The position numbers were made by a program, and so were the translations under genes. This document shows, in pieces, positions 24,978 to 37,951 of a stretch of 64,000 nt of DNA (positions are counted from its first letter, which is position 1; the number at the start of each line of letters is the position of its first letter). The notes under the pieces are model-generated. The model had not been told where the DNA came from. It saw only the letters and a list, made by a program, of their open reading frames with translations, and searched no databases. The DNA is from Octopus vulgaris (Eukaryota), in NCBI GenBank assembly GCA_951406725.2, contig OX597839.1, positions 27,776,001-27,840,000 on the forward strand, read 5' to 3'.

Positions 24978-25302
24978 TGTGAAGGCGCATGGCTCAGTGA
25001 TTAGAGCGTCGAGCTTGCGATCGTGAGGTTGTGAGTTCAAATCCCGGACTGGGCTGCATGTTGTGTTCTTGAACAAGACACTTTATTTCACATTGCTCCA
25101 GTTCACCCAGCTGTAGAAATGAGTTGCAGCGTCACTGGTGCCAAGCTGTATCAACCCCTTGGATAACCTCGGTGGTGTGGAGGGGGGGACGCTGGTATGC
25201 ATGGGCGACTGCTGGTCTTCCATAAACAACCTTGCCCGGACTTGTGCCCAGGAATGTAACTTTCTAGGTGGGTGCAATCCCATGGTCAGTCATGACCGAA
25301 GG
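24978..25302 (+). mobile_element. CORE-type tRNA SINE (family D), abutting a family-E 3' end (25301-25485)
   Basis: tRNA head tggctcagtg...gttcaaatcc and CORE-like ttcttgaacaagacacttta; same family on minus at 28830-29156. Confidence 0.85.
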
Positions 25303-25525
25303 CACGTAAAAAGCACCCACTATATTCTCAGAGTGGTTGGCATTAGGAAGGGCATCCAACTGTAGAAACTTTGCCAGATCAGATTGGAGCCTGGTGCAGC
25401 CTTCTGGTTCACCAGTCCTCAGTCAAACCATCCAACCCATGCCAGCATGGAAAGAGGACGTTAAACGATGACAACGATGATGATGTGTGTATGTATACAT
25501 TTATTGCTTTTATATGCTGATGTCT

Positions 25526-25913
25526 GTGGAGGCGCAATGGCCCAGTGGTTAGGGCAGCGGACTCGCGGTCGTAGGATCGCGGTTTCGATTCCCAGACCGG
25601 GCCTTGTGAGTGTTTATTGAGCGAAAACACCTAAAGCTCCACGAGTCTCCGGCAGGGGATGATGGTGATCCCTGCTGTACTCTTTCACCACAACTTTCTC
25701 TCAATCTTACTTCCTGTTTCTGTTGAACCTGTATTTCAAAGGGCCGGCCTTGTCACCCTCTGTGTCACGCTGAATATCCCCGAGAACTACGTTAAGGGTA
25801 CACGTGTCTGTGGAGTGCTCAGCCACTTACACGTTAATTTCACGAGCAGGCTGTTCCGTTGATTCGGATCAACCGGACCCCTCGTCGTCGTAACCGACGG
25901 AGTGCTTCCATCC
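25526..25913 (+). mobile_element. SINE-C, full length, with TSD atgctgatgtct
   Basis: 12-bp direct repeat at 25514-25525 and 25914-25925. Confidence 0.95.
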
Positions 25914-26199
25914 ATGCTGATGTCTGAAATCACACCTATGTTTGTCATAATCTCTCTGTTTGTCTGTGGGTCTCTCTCTTTCCTTTTCTCTCTCCCCCCC
26001 CTCTCTCTCTCTCTCTCTTTAATGTTCTTTTAGTTTGCCCTGATCTCTAATCCCTTTGTTGTCCCTCTCTCCTTCCGCCTCTTTCACACATCTACCATTT
26101 TTGTTTTTATTCTCTCAATAATTGCTTCTGTCTTTGGCTACTTTGTTCTCTGAGTAGTTTTTAATCCATTTTGGCTGAATGTGTGTGTGTATGTGTGTG

Positions 26200-26218
26200 T
26201 GAGAGAGAGAGAAGGGTG

Positions 26219-26259
<41 letters not shown>

Positions 26260-26296
26260 AGGGTGCATGTGTGTGTGTGAGAGAGAGAGAAGGGTG

Positions 26297-26337
<41 letters not shown>

Positions 26338-26345
26338 AGGGTGCA

Positions 26346-26378
<33 letters not shown>

Positions 26379-26387
26379 AGGGTGCAT

Positions 26388-26423
<36 letters not shown>

Positions 26424-26456
26424 AGGGTGCATGTGTGTGTGTGTGTGTGTGTGTGT
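26200..26456. repeat. Compound minisatellite (GA)n-agggtgcat-(GT)n, about 6 units
   Basis: Seen directly. Confidence 0.9.
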
Positions 26457-26974
26457 TGGTTTGCGTTTGTTTACAAGTACATACTTGTCTATGAGTGTGT
26501 ATCTGTGCATGCATATACATAAATGTGTGTCTGTATATGCATGCATGTGTGTGTGTGTGCTGTATATTGTATTTGTTTCCAAGCATACACACACATATAT
26601 ATATATGTATGAGTCTGTGCATATGTGTGTGTGTGTGTGTCTATGTTTGTACATGTTTTATTCATGTCCATGCATATATGCAAGTACAAGTGTGTGAGTC
26701 CGTGCATTCAGATGCATATAACTGTCAGTATGCATGTATTTCTATATGTGTACGTGTGTATACGTGTATAATTAAATATCTGCATGTCTGTATGTATGTA
26801 TGTGTATGTTTATATCCCTTCTTTTGTATGTACGTATATGTGTGTGTGTGTGTGTGAAGTAATCTCTGTAGATGATAATATGTGTATCAGCCTATGTACT
26901 CCTCTTATAATACGTTCAGCTTGTGGCCATGCTGGAGCACTGACTTAAACAGCTTGGGGTTCAGATTTACATTT

Positions 26975-28740
26975 GGATCGCCCACGTTCAGTCCCCTGCA
27001 GGACAAAGGCCTCAGCATGTTCTCTCCACCTTACTAATGGCCTCTCTATAAAGGGCCTGTACAGCCCTTATTAACCATTCATCAATCTCCAGTTTCCACA
27101 TCGCCCACCAGATAAAGGAACGGAGGACCCTGTCAAAGGCCTTCTCCAAGTCCACAAAAGCCAAGTATAGGGGTTTATCTTTAGCTAGGTATTTCTCCTG
27201 CAGTTATCGAATCAGGAATATGGCATCAGTGGTGCTTCTACCTGGCACAAAACCGAACTGCATCTCATCTAAGCAGACTCTCTTCATCACCTGATCCAGC
27301 AGTTTGATACCCCTGTAGTTATTTCTATCTAGAGCATCACCTTTACCCTTGTAGCAGTTGACTATGGTGCTGCTATGCCAGTCATTGGGTATGACTCCAT
27401 TATGAACTACCTGGTTTACAATGCGGGTGACTAGGCCATAGTCCACACCACCAGATGTTTTAAGCATCTCAGCAGTGATTCCTGATGGGCCAGGGGCTTT
27501 TCCTGGCTTCATACCCTTAATTGCTTTATCTACTAGGGAGCTATCTATTTGGATAGCTGGTTCCTCTGTTGGGTCAACATTTGGCAGGATCTTATTCTCC
27601 ACATTCAGCAGTCTTTCATAATGGCTTCTCCAAGCCTCTTTTTTTTCAGAATCATTAAAAGCAAGTGCACGATCATCAATGCAAACACATTTCTCTCCTG
27701 TGATATCACAATTTTCTCTCACACACTGTCTTGCAATCCGAAATACCTCAGTTCTTTGGTCCTCAAGTCACTGGACATTGGCAAACTTCTTTTCCGCTTC
27801 ACTCTTGGGTATGTATACCTGCCACCCAGCCTCCCCTTTGGCTACCTGGTACAGTTCCCTGCTACCCCCACCCTTCCAGGTTTTCCAGGCCTGTTTCTTT
27901 GCTCTAATGGCTTTGTCTACCGTACTATTCCACCACCACGTAACTCTAGGTCTGGAAGGGACTTTGCACCATCTGCAGACTTGGTCTGTGGCACTCAGCA
28001 AGCTGTCCCATAGGAATTTCCAGCTACCTTCTATGTCCGATGTCTGTAGCTCCTCCTCCCTTTCCTCAAATTTCTTGATGAGGATGTCCCTAAATCTCTG
28101 ACCATGTAAAGGGTTCTTTAGCTTCCAAATCCTTCTTTTTTGGATTGGTCTGCTTCTTGGTATCCTTCTAGCCTCGAGCCTAAAGTCACTAATGACTAGC
28201 TTATGCTGGGTGGGGGGTACATTCTTCATCCAGGAGCAACCCTGCGTCCCGCTGTCTGGTGAGTATGAAATCAGTCTGGCTAGCAGAGTCCCCTGACTGA
28301 TAGGTTATAAGGTGTCTGGCTTCCTGAAGTTAATGTTGCAGATTAAAAGGTTACATGTATCACAGAACTCCAGTAGCCTGGTTCCCCTCATCGTTTCGGG
28401 TACCAATACCATGGCCACCATGTACCCCAGTGAAGATACCAGATTCCTGCCCAACATGCCCATTAAAGTCTCCAGCCACAAAGATGAGGTCATTGCCACT
28501 CATCTTTGAGGTAGCCTGTAGAAGGGCATCATAAAAGTGGTCCTTCTGATCATTTGGTAGCCCTGCATGTGGGGCATAGGCGGAGATAATTGTAGCTGTG
28601 CTGTTCTGCAGGACTAGCGTGAGCTTAGGCACTCTATCGCATACCCTAACAACCTCTATGACCTTATCCACCCATTTCTCTGCGAGGAGTATGCCTACAT
28701 CATCTATGTTACCTTGCCAGAAGACTTTATACCTATGTAG
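26975..28740 (-). pseudogene. RTE (BovB-like) LINE fragment: AP-endonuclease and N-terminal part of the reverse transcriptase, decayed
   Basis: IISAYAP, AGDFNGHVG, HKLVISD, GKAPGPSGI, NYRGIKLL, QFGFVPGRSTTDAIF and FVDLEKAFD motifs across frameshifted ORFs. Confidence 0.93.
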
Positions 28741-28829
28741 AGACTAGATTAAATAAATTTTCCAGGAGTAGAGGGGGCTACTATTATTTTTTGCAAAGAT
28801 AACCACACAGAAGAAAGATAACCACACCG

Positions 28830-29370
28830 CTTCAGTCATGAATGACCATGGAATTGCACAAAGGAAGTTCTCCGAGGCACAAGTCCAGGCAAGGTTGTTT
28901 ATGGAAGACCAGCAGTCACCCATGCATACCAGCCTCCCTTCTCTGTGCCACCAATGTTGTCCAAGGGAAAGGCAAAGGGGCCAATACAGCTTGGCACCAG
29001 TGAAATCACAACTCATTTCTACAGATGAGTAAACTGGAGCAACATGAAATAAAGTGTCTTGCTTAAGAACACAACACACAGCCCGGTCTGGGAACTGAAA
29101 TCACAACCTCATGGTTGGGAGCTTTATGTTCTTACCACTGAGCCATGCACCTTCACACCCACAGCTGTAACGACTGCCACTTAAATGATGAAGTGAATTT
29201 GTTCAGTGTATGTGTGTAAAAGGGTAAAGACCCCTTCAGTTATGAATGACCATGAGATTGCACCCTAGAAAGATCCCCTCCGAGGCACAAGTCTTGACAA
29301 GGTTGTTTATGGAAGACCAGCAGTCACTCATGCATACCAGCCTCCCCTCTCCACGCCACTGATGTTATCT
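28830..29370 (-). mobile_element. SINE-D, full copy plus a second tail fragment
   Basis: Reverse complement of the 24978 family; tail repeated at ~29230-29370. Confidence 0.82.
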
Positions 29371-29522
29371 CGTATCGGTATGTGTGATAACATCCATATA
29401 TGTAGCAGTATAGAGTCTTCGTTGCATTTTACAACCTTTCCAATAGTTTTGAGAGTCAAAACTATTGAAAAGGTTGCAAGTTGCAACGAAAATTTTAGAA
29501 AAATAAATAAGTATTTATTTAA

Positions 29523-29675
29523 GCCTGCATAGCTCAGTCTTTTATGACTGAATCTTCACAGAGTCATCTGAGGGTCGTGGGTTCAAGTCCCCTGTAGGCG
29601 AAGCATTTGTTTTTAATGGCAGTGCATCAGCATGGCCACAGCTCTGAGCTGAAACTAAGAGAAAAAATTAAAAAA
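29523..29675 (+). mobile_element. Short tRNA-Lys-derived SINE (possibly Octopus OK-like); not a functional tRNA
   Basis: gcctgcatagctcagtc...atctgagggtcgtgggttcaagtccc with a 7-bp acceptor stem. The anticodon region is replaced and a LINE-like tail follows. Confidence 0.65.
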
Positions 29676-29870
29676 GTAAATGAGCAGAAGTTTTACCAGT
29701 GAGTGTGTTAAATTATAAAGCACTAAAAAAGAATGACCCTCCCCAGACACAACAGAATGTGTGTGTGTTGTTGTGTGTATATGTACCTGTCATGGTCTTC
29801 TATGGATTAAGTCGATTTCCCAAGAGTAGAGGAAGGCTCCCATTATTTTTGACAGAGCCATGATGAATGA

Positions 29871-30257
29871 TGGAAGCACTCCGTCGGTTACGACGATGAG
29901 GGCTCCGGTTGATCCAAATCAACGGAACAGCCTGCTCGTGAAATTAACGTGTAAGTGGCTGAGCACTCCACAGACACGTGCACCCTTAACGTAGTTCTCG
30001 GGGATATTCAGCGTGACACAGAGAGTGACAAGGTCGACCCCTTGAAATATAGGTACAACAGAAACAGGAAGTAAGAGTGAGAGAAAGTTGTGGTGAACGA
30101 GTACAGCAGGGATCACCACCATCCCCTGCCGGAGCATCGTGGAGCTTTTTAGGTGTTTTTGCTCAATAAACACTCAGAACGCCCGGTCTGGGAATCGAAA
30201 CCGCGATCCTATGACCACGAGTCCGCTGTCCTAACCACTGGGCCATTGCGCCTCCAC
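29871..30257 (-). mobile_element. SINE-C, full length
   Basis: Family match; imperfect TSD aca[g/a]agccatg. Confidence 0.93.
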
Positions 30258-30521
30258 TAACAAAGCCATGGGGGAGGCAGCTCTTCTGAGAGAAAGATGC
30301 TCTGGCATAAAACTTGCAGTCCAAATGGTATCAACCATCTTGTAATGTTTGTCTCTGGAACCTTCTACGGTGGCCAAGAGAATGGCAAAAAGTGTTGTAC
30401 AAGCCTTTGTCGCTTCAATCCAATAACGTACAGATGTCTCCCTATTTATTTCAGTGTGTGACAGCTATCATCTGTGATGATGAGGCAATCATCATCATGT
30501 ACATATGTGTATATATTTGTA

Positions 30522-30906
30522 GTGGAGGCGCAATGGCCCAGTGGTTAGGGCAGCGGACTCGCAGTCATAGGATCGCGGTTTCGATTCCCAGACCGGGCGT
30601 TGTGAGTGTTTATTGAGCGAAAACACCTAAAAGCTCCACGAGGCTCCGGCAGGGGATGGTGGTGATCCTTGCTGTACTCTTTCACCACGACTTTCTCTCA
30701 CTCTTACTTCCTGTTTCTGTTGTACCTGTATTTCAAAGGGCCGGCCTTGTCACTCTCTGTGTCACGCTGAATATCCCCGAGAACTACGTTAAGGGTACAC
30801 GTGTCTGTGGAGTGCTCAGCCACTTACATGTTAATTTCACGAGCAGGCTGTTCCGTTGATCGGATCAACCGGAACCCTCGTCGTCGTAACTGACGGAGTG
30901 CTTCCA
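30522..30906 (+). mobile_element. SINE-C, full length
   Basis: Family match. Confidence 0.93.
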
Positions 30907-31527
30907 AAAAATATATATATTTCTATGCATCTAATGTGTGTGTATGTATGTACTACATATGTATGTGCCGAATTGACAGGGTGTATACAAATTCCTGTAA
31001 ATATGTATGTATCTGTTCATCCGTGTATGTATGTCTACCTCACCACATGTGTATATGTGTGTGTATACTAACATATATGTGCGTATGTGTTTTGCATTCA
31101 TTGTGTGTGTGTATGTGTACCGATTTATGCATGTATATACATGTGAGTGCAATTGGGAATGTGTCTCAGGCATCATCAACCTCCCCTGTTCCCTCCCCCA
31201 CCACCATCATCACCACCACCACTACTACCACCACCACCACTACCATCATCCAAGGTGTTCCTTCTCACACTAGAATCATTTTATGTCTACTTCACATGTG
31301 TATGACCCAGTTTCAAAATATATATATATATATATATATATGTATGAATGTATGTATGTATGTATGTATGTATGTATATGTGTGTGTGTGTAAATATATA
31401 TATAGTGTATACCAGTTCATATAAATATGTATGAATATGTTCATCCGTGTATGTGTATCTCCCTCACCACATATGAATGTGTGTATACTAACATATGTAT
31501 GATGTATGTATGTATACGTATGTATGT

Positions 31528-31575
<48 letters not shown>

Positions 31576-32732
31576 AAGAATCACTCCCGTCTTTCCTGCA
31601 CCTCCCAACCCCAAGCCCCCAACCCAGTTAACTCACAACACGTTACCCTCCCACCCTGGTGCAATGGAACAGTCTGCTATTTACATTCTTCCCATTATCC
31701 CCATTCTTTGACATTAGACTAGACTTGATCTATTTACCTGTGGCATGGTGAGGCAGAGGTGGTGGTGGTGTTGGTGTCAGGGGTGCGGAATGGTGCTGTC
31801 GTTGTTGTTGTTGTTGGTGGTGGTGGTCGTGGTGGGCATGGCAACGTTGAATGAGTTTTTGTAATTTGAATGATCAATTCTTGACTTCTTCCCTTAACAC
31901 CCTCGCCCCCCCACCCTGCCCCTGTCCATCCAAAACCTCTACACACTCAACACAGGTAAAAAAAAAAAAATTGTGTGTATGCACGTTCTCATCTGTGTGC
32001 GCACACCACGCATGGATGGCCCACCCACAATCAGTCTAAATACCACACCCTGTCACTCCTTTATAATTCCTTAGATTCTTCTGTATCTCAGTATTTCAGT
32101 TAACAACTATGAAGTGTAAACTGTGAAGGTACTTGAAGCTGGGACCATTCATGTGTATATGTGCGCTACTAAGTTACACATGGCCTGGGTATATACTAGC
32201 CAAAACCTAAGTTATATATATATATATATATATATAAATACACAATATATATATATATACACACACACACATACATACATACATACATACATACATACAT
32301 ACATACATACATACATACATACATACATACATACATGCTTTCATGCATACATACATACATATATGTACACACTCAGCATGTGTATATAAAAAAAATTTTT
32401 TGTAATGAGATTAAAAAACCATGCATTCATATATGTGTGTGTGTATTTGCATTTATATATGCATGTATATATGTGTATATATGTATGTATCTACATATGT
32501 ATGTATGTATGTATATGTATGTATATATGTATGTACATATGTACGTATGTATGAGTGTAGGTAATCAAAGTGTCAGCTTATTTGCTGTCAGAAAGAACTT
32601 CAAAGTTACTATCAACCTTATATTTCTATAAATAATCTTAAAAATGTAAATAAATATGGTGCACTACTGAAAAGTATTGAGTGTTCCTTCTATTTAATGC
32701 TCTATTATCATTATTATTATTATTATTATCTA

Positions 32733-32940
32733 TCATCATCGTTTAACATCCGCTTTCCATGCTGGCATGGGTTGGACGGTTTGACTGAGGTCTGGCAAGC
32801 CAGTAGGCTGCACCAGGCTCCTATCTGATCTGGTAAGGTTTCTACAGTTGAATGCCCTTCCAAATGCCAACCACTCCGAGAGTGAAGTGGGTGCTTTTTA
32901 CGTGCCACCAGCACGTGTACCAGTTATGGATGGTGCTTTT
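32733..32940 (-). mobile_element. Family-E RTE-type 3' end
   Basis: catcgtttaac..ttccatgctggcatgggttggacgg and gtgctttttacgtgccacc. Confidence 0.8.
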
Positions 32941-33170
32941 TATATATAAATCATAAGAACACATAAAAGTGTCTTACCCGCTAGAAATGAGAGTTAAAAC
33001 CCTATATTAATATTGTTGTTATGAACTATTTGTATTGCCTTTGATAATAATCACAATGTTAATATCTATATAAATATTCGCTTCTGAATATTTCTGCTGC
33101 TATATATATGTGTGTGTGTGTGTGTATATATATGTATATATGTGTGTGTATATATATGTGTATATATATA

Positions 33171-33204
<34 letters not shown>

Positions 33205-33343
33205 GCAGCAGAAATATATATATATGGATCAAAGCTTGATTCAAATTCCTTTGAATCGAACTGTTTTGATCCCTACATGTAACTCCCAATAAATTGGCTG
33301 AGTGCCCTTCTTTCGTTTGTCCACTCACTTGTATGTACATGTG

Positions 33344-33378
<35 letters not shown>

Positions 33379-33417
33379 ATGTGTATACATATATATATAT
33401 ATATATGTATGTATGTA

Positions 33418-33472
<55 letters not shown>

Positions 33473-33499
33473 ATGTATATGTATGTATGTATGTATGTA

Positions 33500-33531
<32 letters not shown>

Positions 33532-33997
33532 ATTTTGCATTAAAGCAAAACATCTTTCTCACTCTTCCCCTTCTCTCTCTCTCTCTCTCTCTCACTATAT
33601 TTAAATACACACACACATCCACATACATATAAAAGGCATTGGTATTTCACAAAATACCCAATCCTTCAGAGAACCAGTGGGGTAGTTTTGGGGTAGCTTC
33701 CCCATCTTCTCCAGTGTCTTTCTCTATTCATTCAAGTAATTTAATAGTTGGTGTCTTTCATCCATTTCATCTGATCTCTTTGCCACTAGTGTTGTTGTTG
33801 TTGTTGCTGTTGTTACCATTGCTATTGTTGAAATTATTATTATTATGATTTTTATCATTATTATTATTATTATTATTATTACTACTATTACTACTATTAT
33901 TATCATCATCATCATCATCGTCATTGTTAAGCAACAATGTAGCCATTCATAAACAACATTGTAGCAGCATGTGACTCTACTTCATTGGCCAGCTGTT

Positions 33998-34580
33998 CAT
34001 CATCATCATCATCATCACCACCACTACCATCATCACCACCACTACCATCCTCATCACCACTACCATCATCACCACCACTACCATCATCATCACCACCACC
34101 ATCATCACCACCACTACCATCATCACCACCACCACCATCACCACCACTACCATCATCACCACCACTACCATTCTCATCACCACCACCATCATCACCACCA
34201 CTACCATCATCACCACCACTACCATCCTCATCACCACCACCATCATCACCACCACCACCATCATCATCACCACCACCATCATCACCACCACTACCATCAT
34301 CATCACCATCATCATCATCATCACCACCACCACCATCATTGTCACCACCACCACCATCATCATCATCATCACCACCATCATCATCACCATCACCATCATC
34401 ATCATCACCACCACCACCATCATCGTCACCACCACCACCACCACCATCATCGTCACCACCATCATCATCACCATCATCATCATCACCATCACCATCATCA
34501 CCACCACCATCATCATCATCACCACTACCACCATCATCATCATCACAACCACCACCACCACCATAATCATCATTGTCATC
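33998..34580. repeat. (CAY/TAC)n trinucleotide tract, about 580 bp
   Basis: Seen directly; source of the poly-His, poly-Pro/Ser and poly-Val/Met ORFs. Confidence 0.97.
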
Positions 34581-34746
34581 GTCATCTTTTTAACATTCAT
34601 TTATTTTTTCTCTTTTTCACTTATTTTCCGCCACAGTCCTGAATTGAGTATTTCACGTCAGACATTGTAAATCCATTTTACAAAGGAAACAATAAACAAC
34701 CCACTCTTTTCATTTAATAGTTTATCCTAGTTTTATTTCATTTTGT

Positions 34747-35160
34747 TTGTGGCTGTGTGGTAAGTAGCTTGCTAACCAACCACATGGTTCCGGGTTCAGT
34801 CCCACTGCGTGGCATCTTGGGCAAGTGTCTTCTGCTATAGCCCCGGGCCGACCAATGCCTTGTGAGTGGATTTGGTAGACGGAAACTGAAAGAAGCCTGT
34901 CGTATATATGTATATATATATATATATGTATGCGTGTGTATATGTTTGTGTGTGTGTGTTTGTCCCCCTAGCATTGCTTGACAACCGATGCTGGTGTGTT
35001 TACATCCCCGTCACTTAGCGGTTCGGCAAAAGAGACCGATAGAATAAGTACTGGGCTTACAAAGAATAAGTCCCGGGTCGATTTGCTCGACTAAAGGCGG
35101 TGCTCCAGCATGGCCGCAGTCAAATGACTGAAAAGAGTAAAAGAGTGAAGAGTAAAGAGA
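34747..35160 (+). mobile_element. SINE-A, young copy
   Basis: Full family match. Confidence 0.92.
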
Positions 35161-35643
35161 GAGGGACAGGCAGTACCCAGGCACCTTCTAAGTGATGTAA
35201 AAAAAAATCACAAATGAAATGGAAAATAAATGCATTATTTTATCTTTTATTTAACACCTTGTCTAAAATAGATTGATGTCAGAAATCATCATCATCACCG
35301 TCATCATCGTCATTATCATCATTATTCAACGTCCATCTTCCATGCTGACACGGGTTGGATGGTTTAACAGGAGCTGGTAAGCCAGAAGACAGTGCCAAGC
35401 TCTACCGTCTGTTTCGGCATGCTTTCACAGTTGGATGCCCTTCCGAATGCCAACCACTTCACAGAAAGGACAGAATGCTTTGATCTACATTCTGTCAATG
35501 GACAAGCTATTAGTGGACCAAATTCAATGAGTAAAAAGTTGCCAATCCAAAGTGTGCATTGCTTTCACTAGCTCTGTGCTAGAGGGGTTTCTTTCAGTTT
35601 CCATCTACCAAATCCACAAGGCTTTGGTCGGCCTGATGCTATT

Positions 35644-35880
35644 TTTTTTTTTTTTTTTTTTTGTACTTGTTTCAGTCATTTGACTGCGGCCATGCTGGAG
35701 CACCGCCTTTAGAGTGGTGAAAGAGTACAGCAGGGATCACCACCATCCCCTGCCGGAGCCTCGTGGAGCTTTTAGGTGTTTTCGCTCAATAAACACACAC
35801 AACGCCCGGTCTGGGAATCGAAACCGAGATCCTACGACCGCAAGTCCGCTGCCCTAACCACTGGGCCATTGCGCCTCCAC
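35644..35880 (-). mobile_element. Chimeric SINE (C 5' half + A tail + poly(A)) nested in an older SINE-A
   Basis: TSD ctatt at 35639-35643 and 35881-35885; the host A sequence is continuous across the insert. Confidence 0.8.
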
Positions 35881-37140
35881 CTATTGTAGGAGACACTTTC
35901 ACAAAGTGCCATGCAGTGGGACTGAACCCAGAACTATGTGGTTGGTAAACAAGCTACTTACCACACAACTACTCTCTCTGTAATTTTAGATTTTGCTAGA
36001 ATCTGCCTCGTGCCCTGCATTAAGTGAACATTGCAGCATTGAAAAATGTTGGTGTAACATGAAACCCTTTTTTCTCCCCCGTCCCCCCACCCACCCGTTG
36101 TTTTCCTGTAACATGGAAGTCAAAGGGGAAATAGGTTTCCTGTTACAGAACTCTACCATCACAGCTAGATTTTTCAGGGATCAAAACAGTTTTGTTTTGT
36201 GTGAGGGGTGGGGGGACGCTTGTATTTGCTGTCTATTGTTTACTAACAACATCATGTGGATGAGGATGGGGGGGGTGAGGACGACTATAATGTTGATGGT
36301 GAAGATGGGGATAAAAGTGATGAGGGTGGTGGTGTTGGTGGTGGTGGTGGTGATAAACGATGATAATGTTGATGAGGATGGTGAAAGTGGTGATGACAAT
36401 ACCAGTGATGGTGGTAATGTAGGCGGGTGAAAATGATAACGGTAGTGGTGGTGGTGGTGGTACTGTTGTTCTTGTTGGTGGTGGTGGTGGTGGTGGTGGT
36501 GAAGACGGTGATAAAATTGATGGTGGTGGTTGTGGTTGTGGTGGTGGCGGTTGTGGTACTGGTGGCAGTGGCAGTGACGATAATGATGGTGACAGTGATG
36601 ATGATGATGGTGGTGGTGGTGGTGGCGGCGATGGTGGGGGTGGGATGGTTATGATGATTATGATAATGGTGGTGGTGGTAGTGGTGGTGATAACAATGAT
36701 AATGTTGATGGTGATGATGACAATACCAGTGATGGTAGTGGTGGTGGTGATGGTGGTGGGGTGAAAATGATGGCTGTGGTGATGGTGGTGGTGCTGGTGG
36801 TGCTAGAGGTAGCAGTCTCCATTTCAGCATGAGATTGGAATGAGGAAGTGAATAAAAGCCTTTTATTTATTTACCCATTTATTCATTCATTTGATCTCCG
36901 CAACTCTGCCAAAATAACTCTCAGCTGCATGTTTTTGCACCTTTTGGTGCACCATTTCTGTTCCCACCCCTCACCCTCCATTGGATGCACTCTAACGACC
37001 CATTATACCTCTTCAATTAGCCACACCCCAGTGATTCTACATCAATAGCACATCTGTACTTGTTGTTGTTGCTGTCAACATTGGTTATTTCAGGATCCCA
37101 ACGTAATAATAACAATATTTCCTTTGGTTTTTGATCATTT

Positions 37141-37428
37141 TTAACCCTTTCATTACCATTTTTCTATTTGTATGCTTTGCCTTTGGGTCAATTAACTTTG
37201 AGAATAATGATTGATTTATTCAAGTAACTTTGTCATTATTAAACCGATATATGGAACATAAATTAACATGAAATTTTGATTGAAGGCTATAACTGAGATC
37301 ACTTTAACCTTTTTGCTACCTTATATCTGTTGAAATACACTGCCTTTTGTTTCAATTAATTTTTAAAATAATGAAGAATTTAGTAAGATAATTTTGTCAT
37401 TATTAAACTGGTGCTTAGAATAAAAATT
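37141..37428. mobile_element. Two partial TTAA-CCC MITEs (family also at 39564-40270)
   Basis: ttaaccctttcattacc and ttaacctttttgctacc starts with a shared body. Confidence 0.6.
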
Positions 37429-37739
37429 GTGGAGGCGCAATGGCCCAGTGGTTAGGGCAGCGGACTCGCGGTCGTAGGAAATTAACGTGTAAGTGGCTGA
37501 GCACTCCACAGACACGTGCACCCTTAACGTAGTTCTCGGGGATATTCAGCATGACACAGAGTGTGACAAGGCTGGCCCTTTGAAATACAGGTACGACTCA
37601 TTTTTGCCAGCTGAGTGGACTGGAGCAATATAGTGGAGTAAAGTGTCTTGCTCAAGGATACAACGCATCGCTGGGAATCGAACTCACGACCTTACAATCG
37701 TCAGTCGAATGCCCTAACCACTAAGCCACGCGCCTTCAC
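37429..37739. mobile_element. SINE-C head (+) fused to an inverted CORE-bearing SINE with a C-type tail (-)
   Basis: gtggaggcgc...gtcgtagg|aaattaacgtgtaagtggc...aagtgtcttgctcaagg...ccacgcgccttcac. Confidence 0.8.
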
Positions 37740-37913
37740 TCACGGTCTGATTACCATGGAAGCAGTAGAAGAGGTTGTTGTTGTGGTGATGGTGGTGGTG
37801 GTGGTGGTGACAACTATAATGACAGCAATGATGATGATGATGATGACGACGACGGTGGCAGTAATGATGATAATAACAACAATGATGATGGTGATGTTGG
37901 TGGCAGCAGCAGC

Positions 37914-37951
<38 letters not shown>

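Noticed and set aside
29523-29600. Functional tRNA-Lys gene
   Set aside because: The D-arm 3' side and anticodon arm are disrupted, and a SINE tail follows.
33971-34642. Poly-His, Pro/Ser and Val/Met ORFs
   Set aside because: A pure trinucleotide tract open in several frames, with no convincing exon boundaries.
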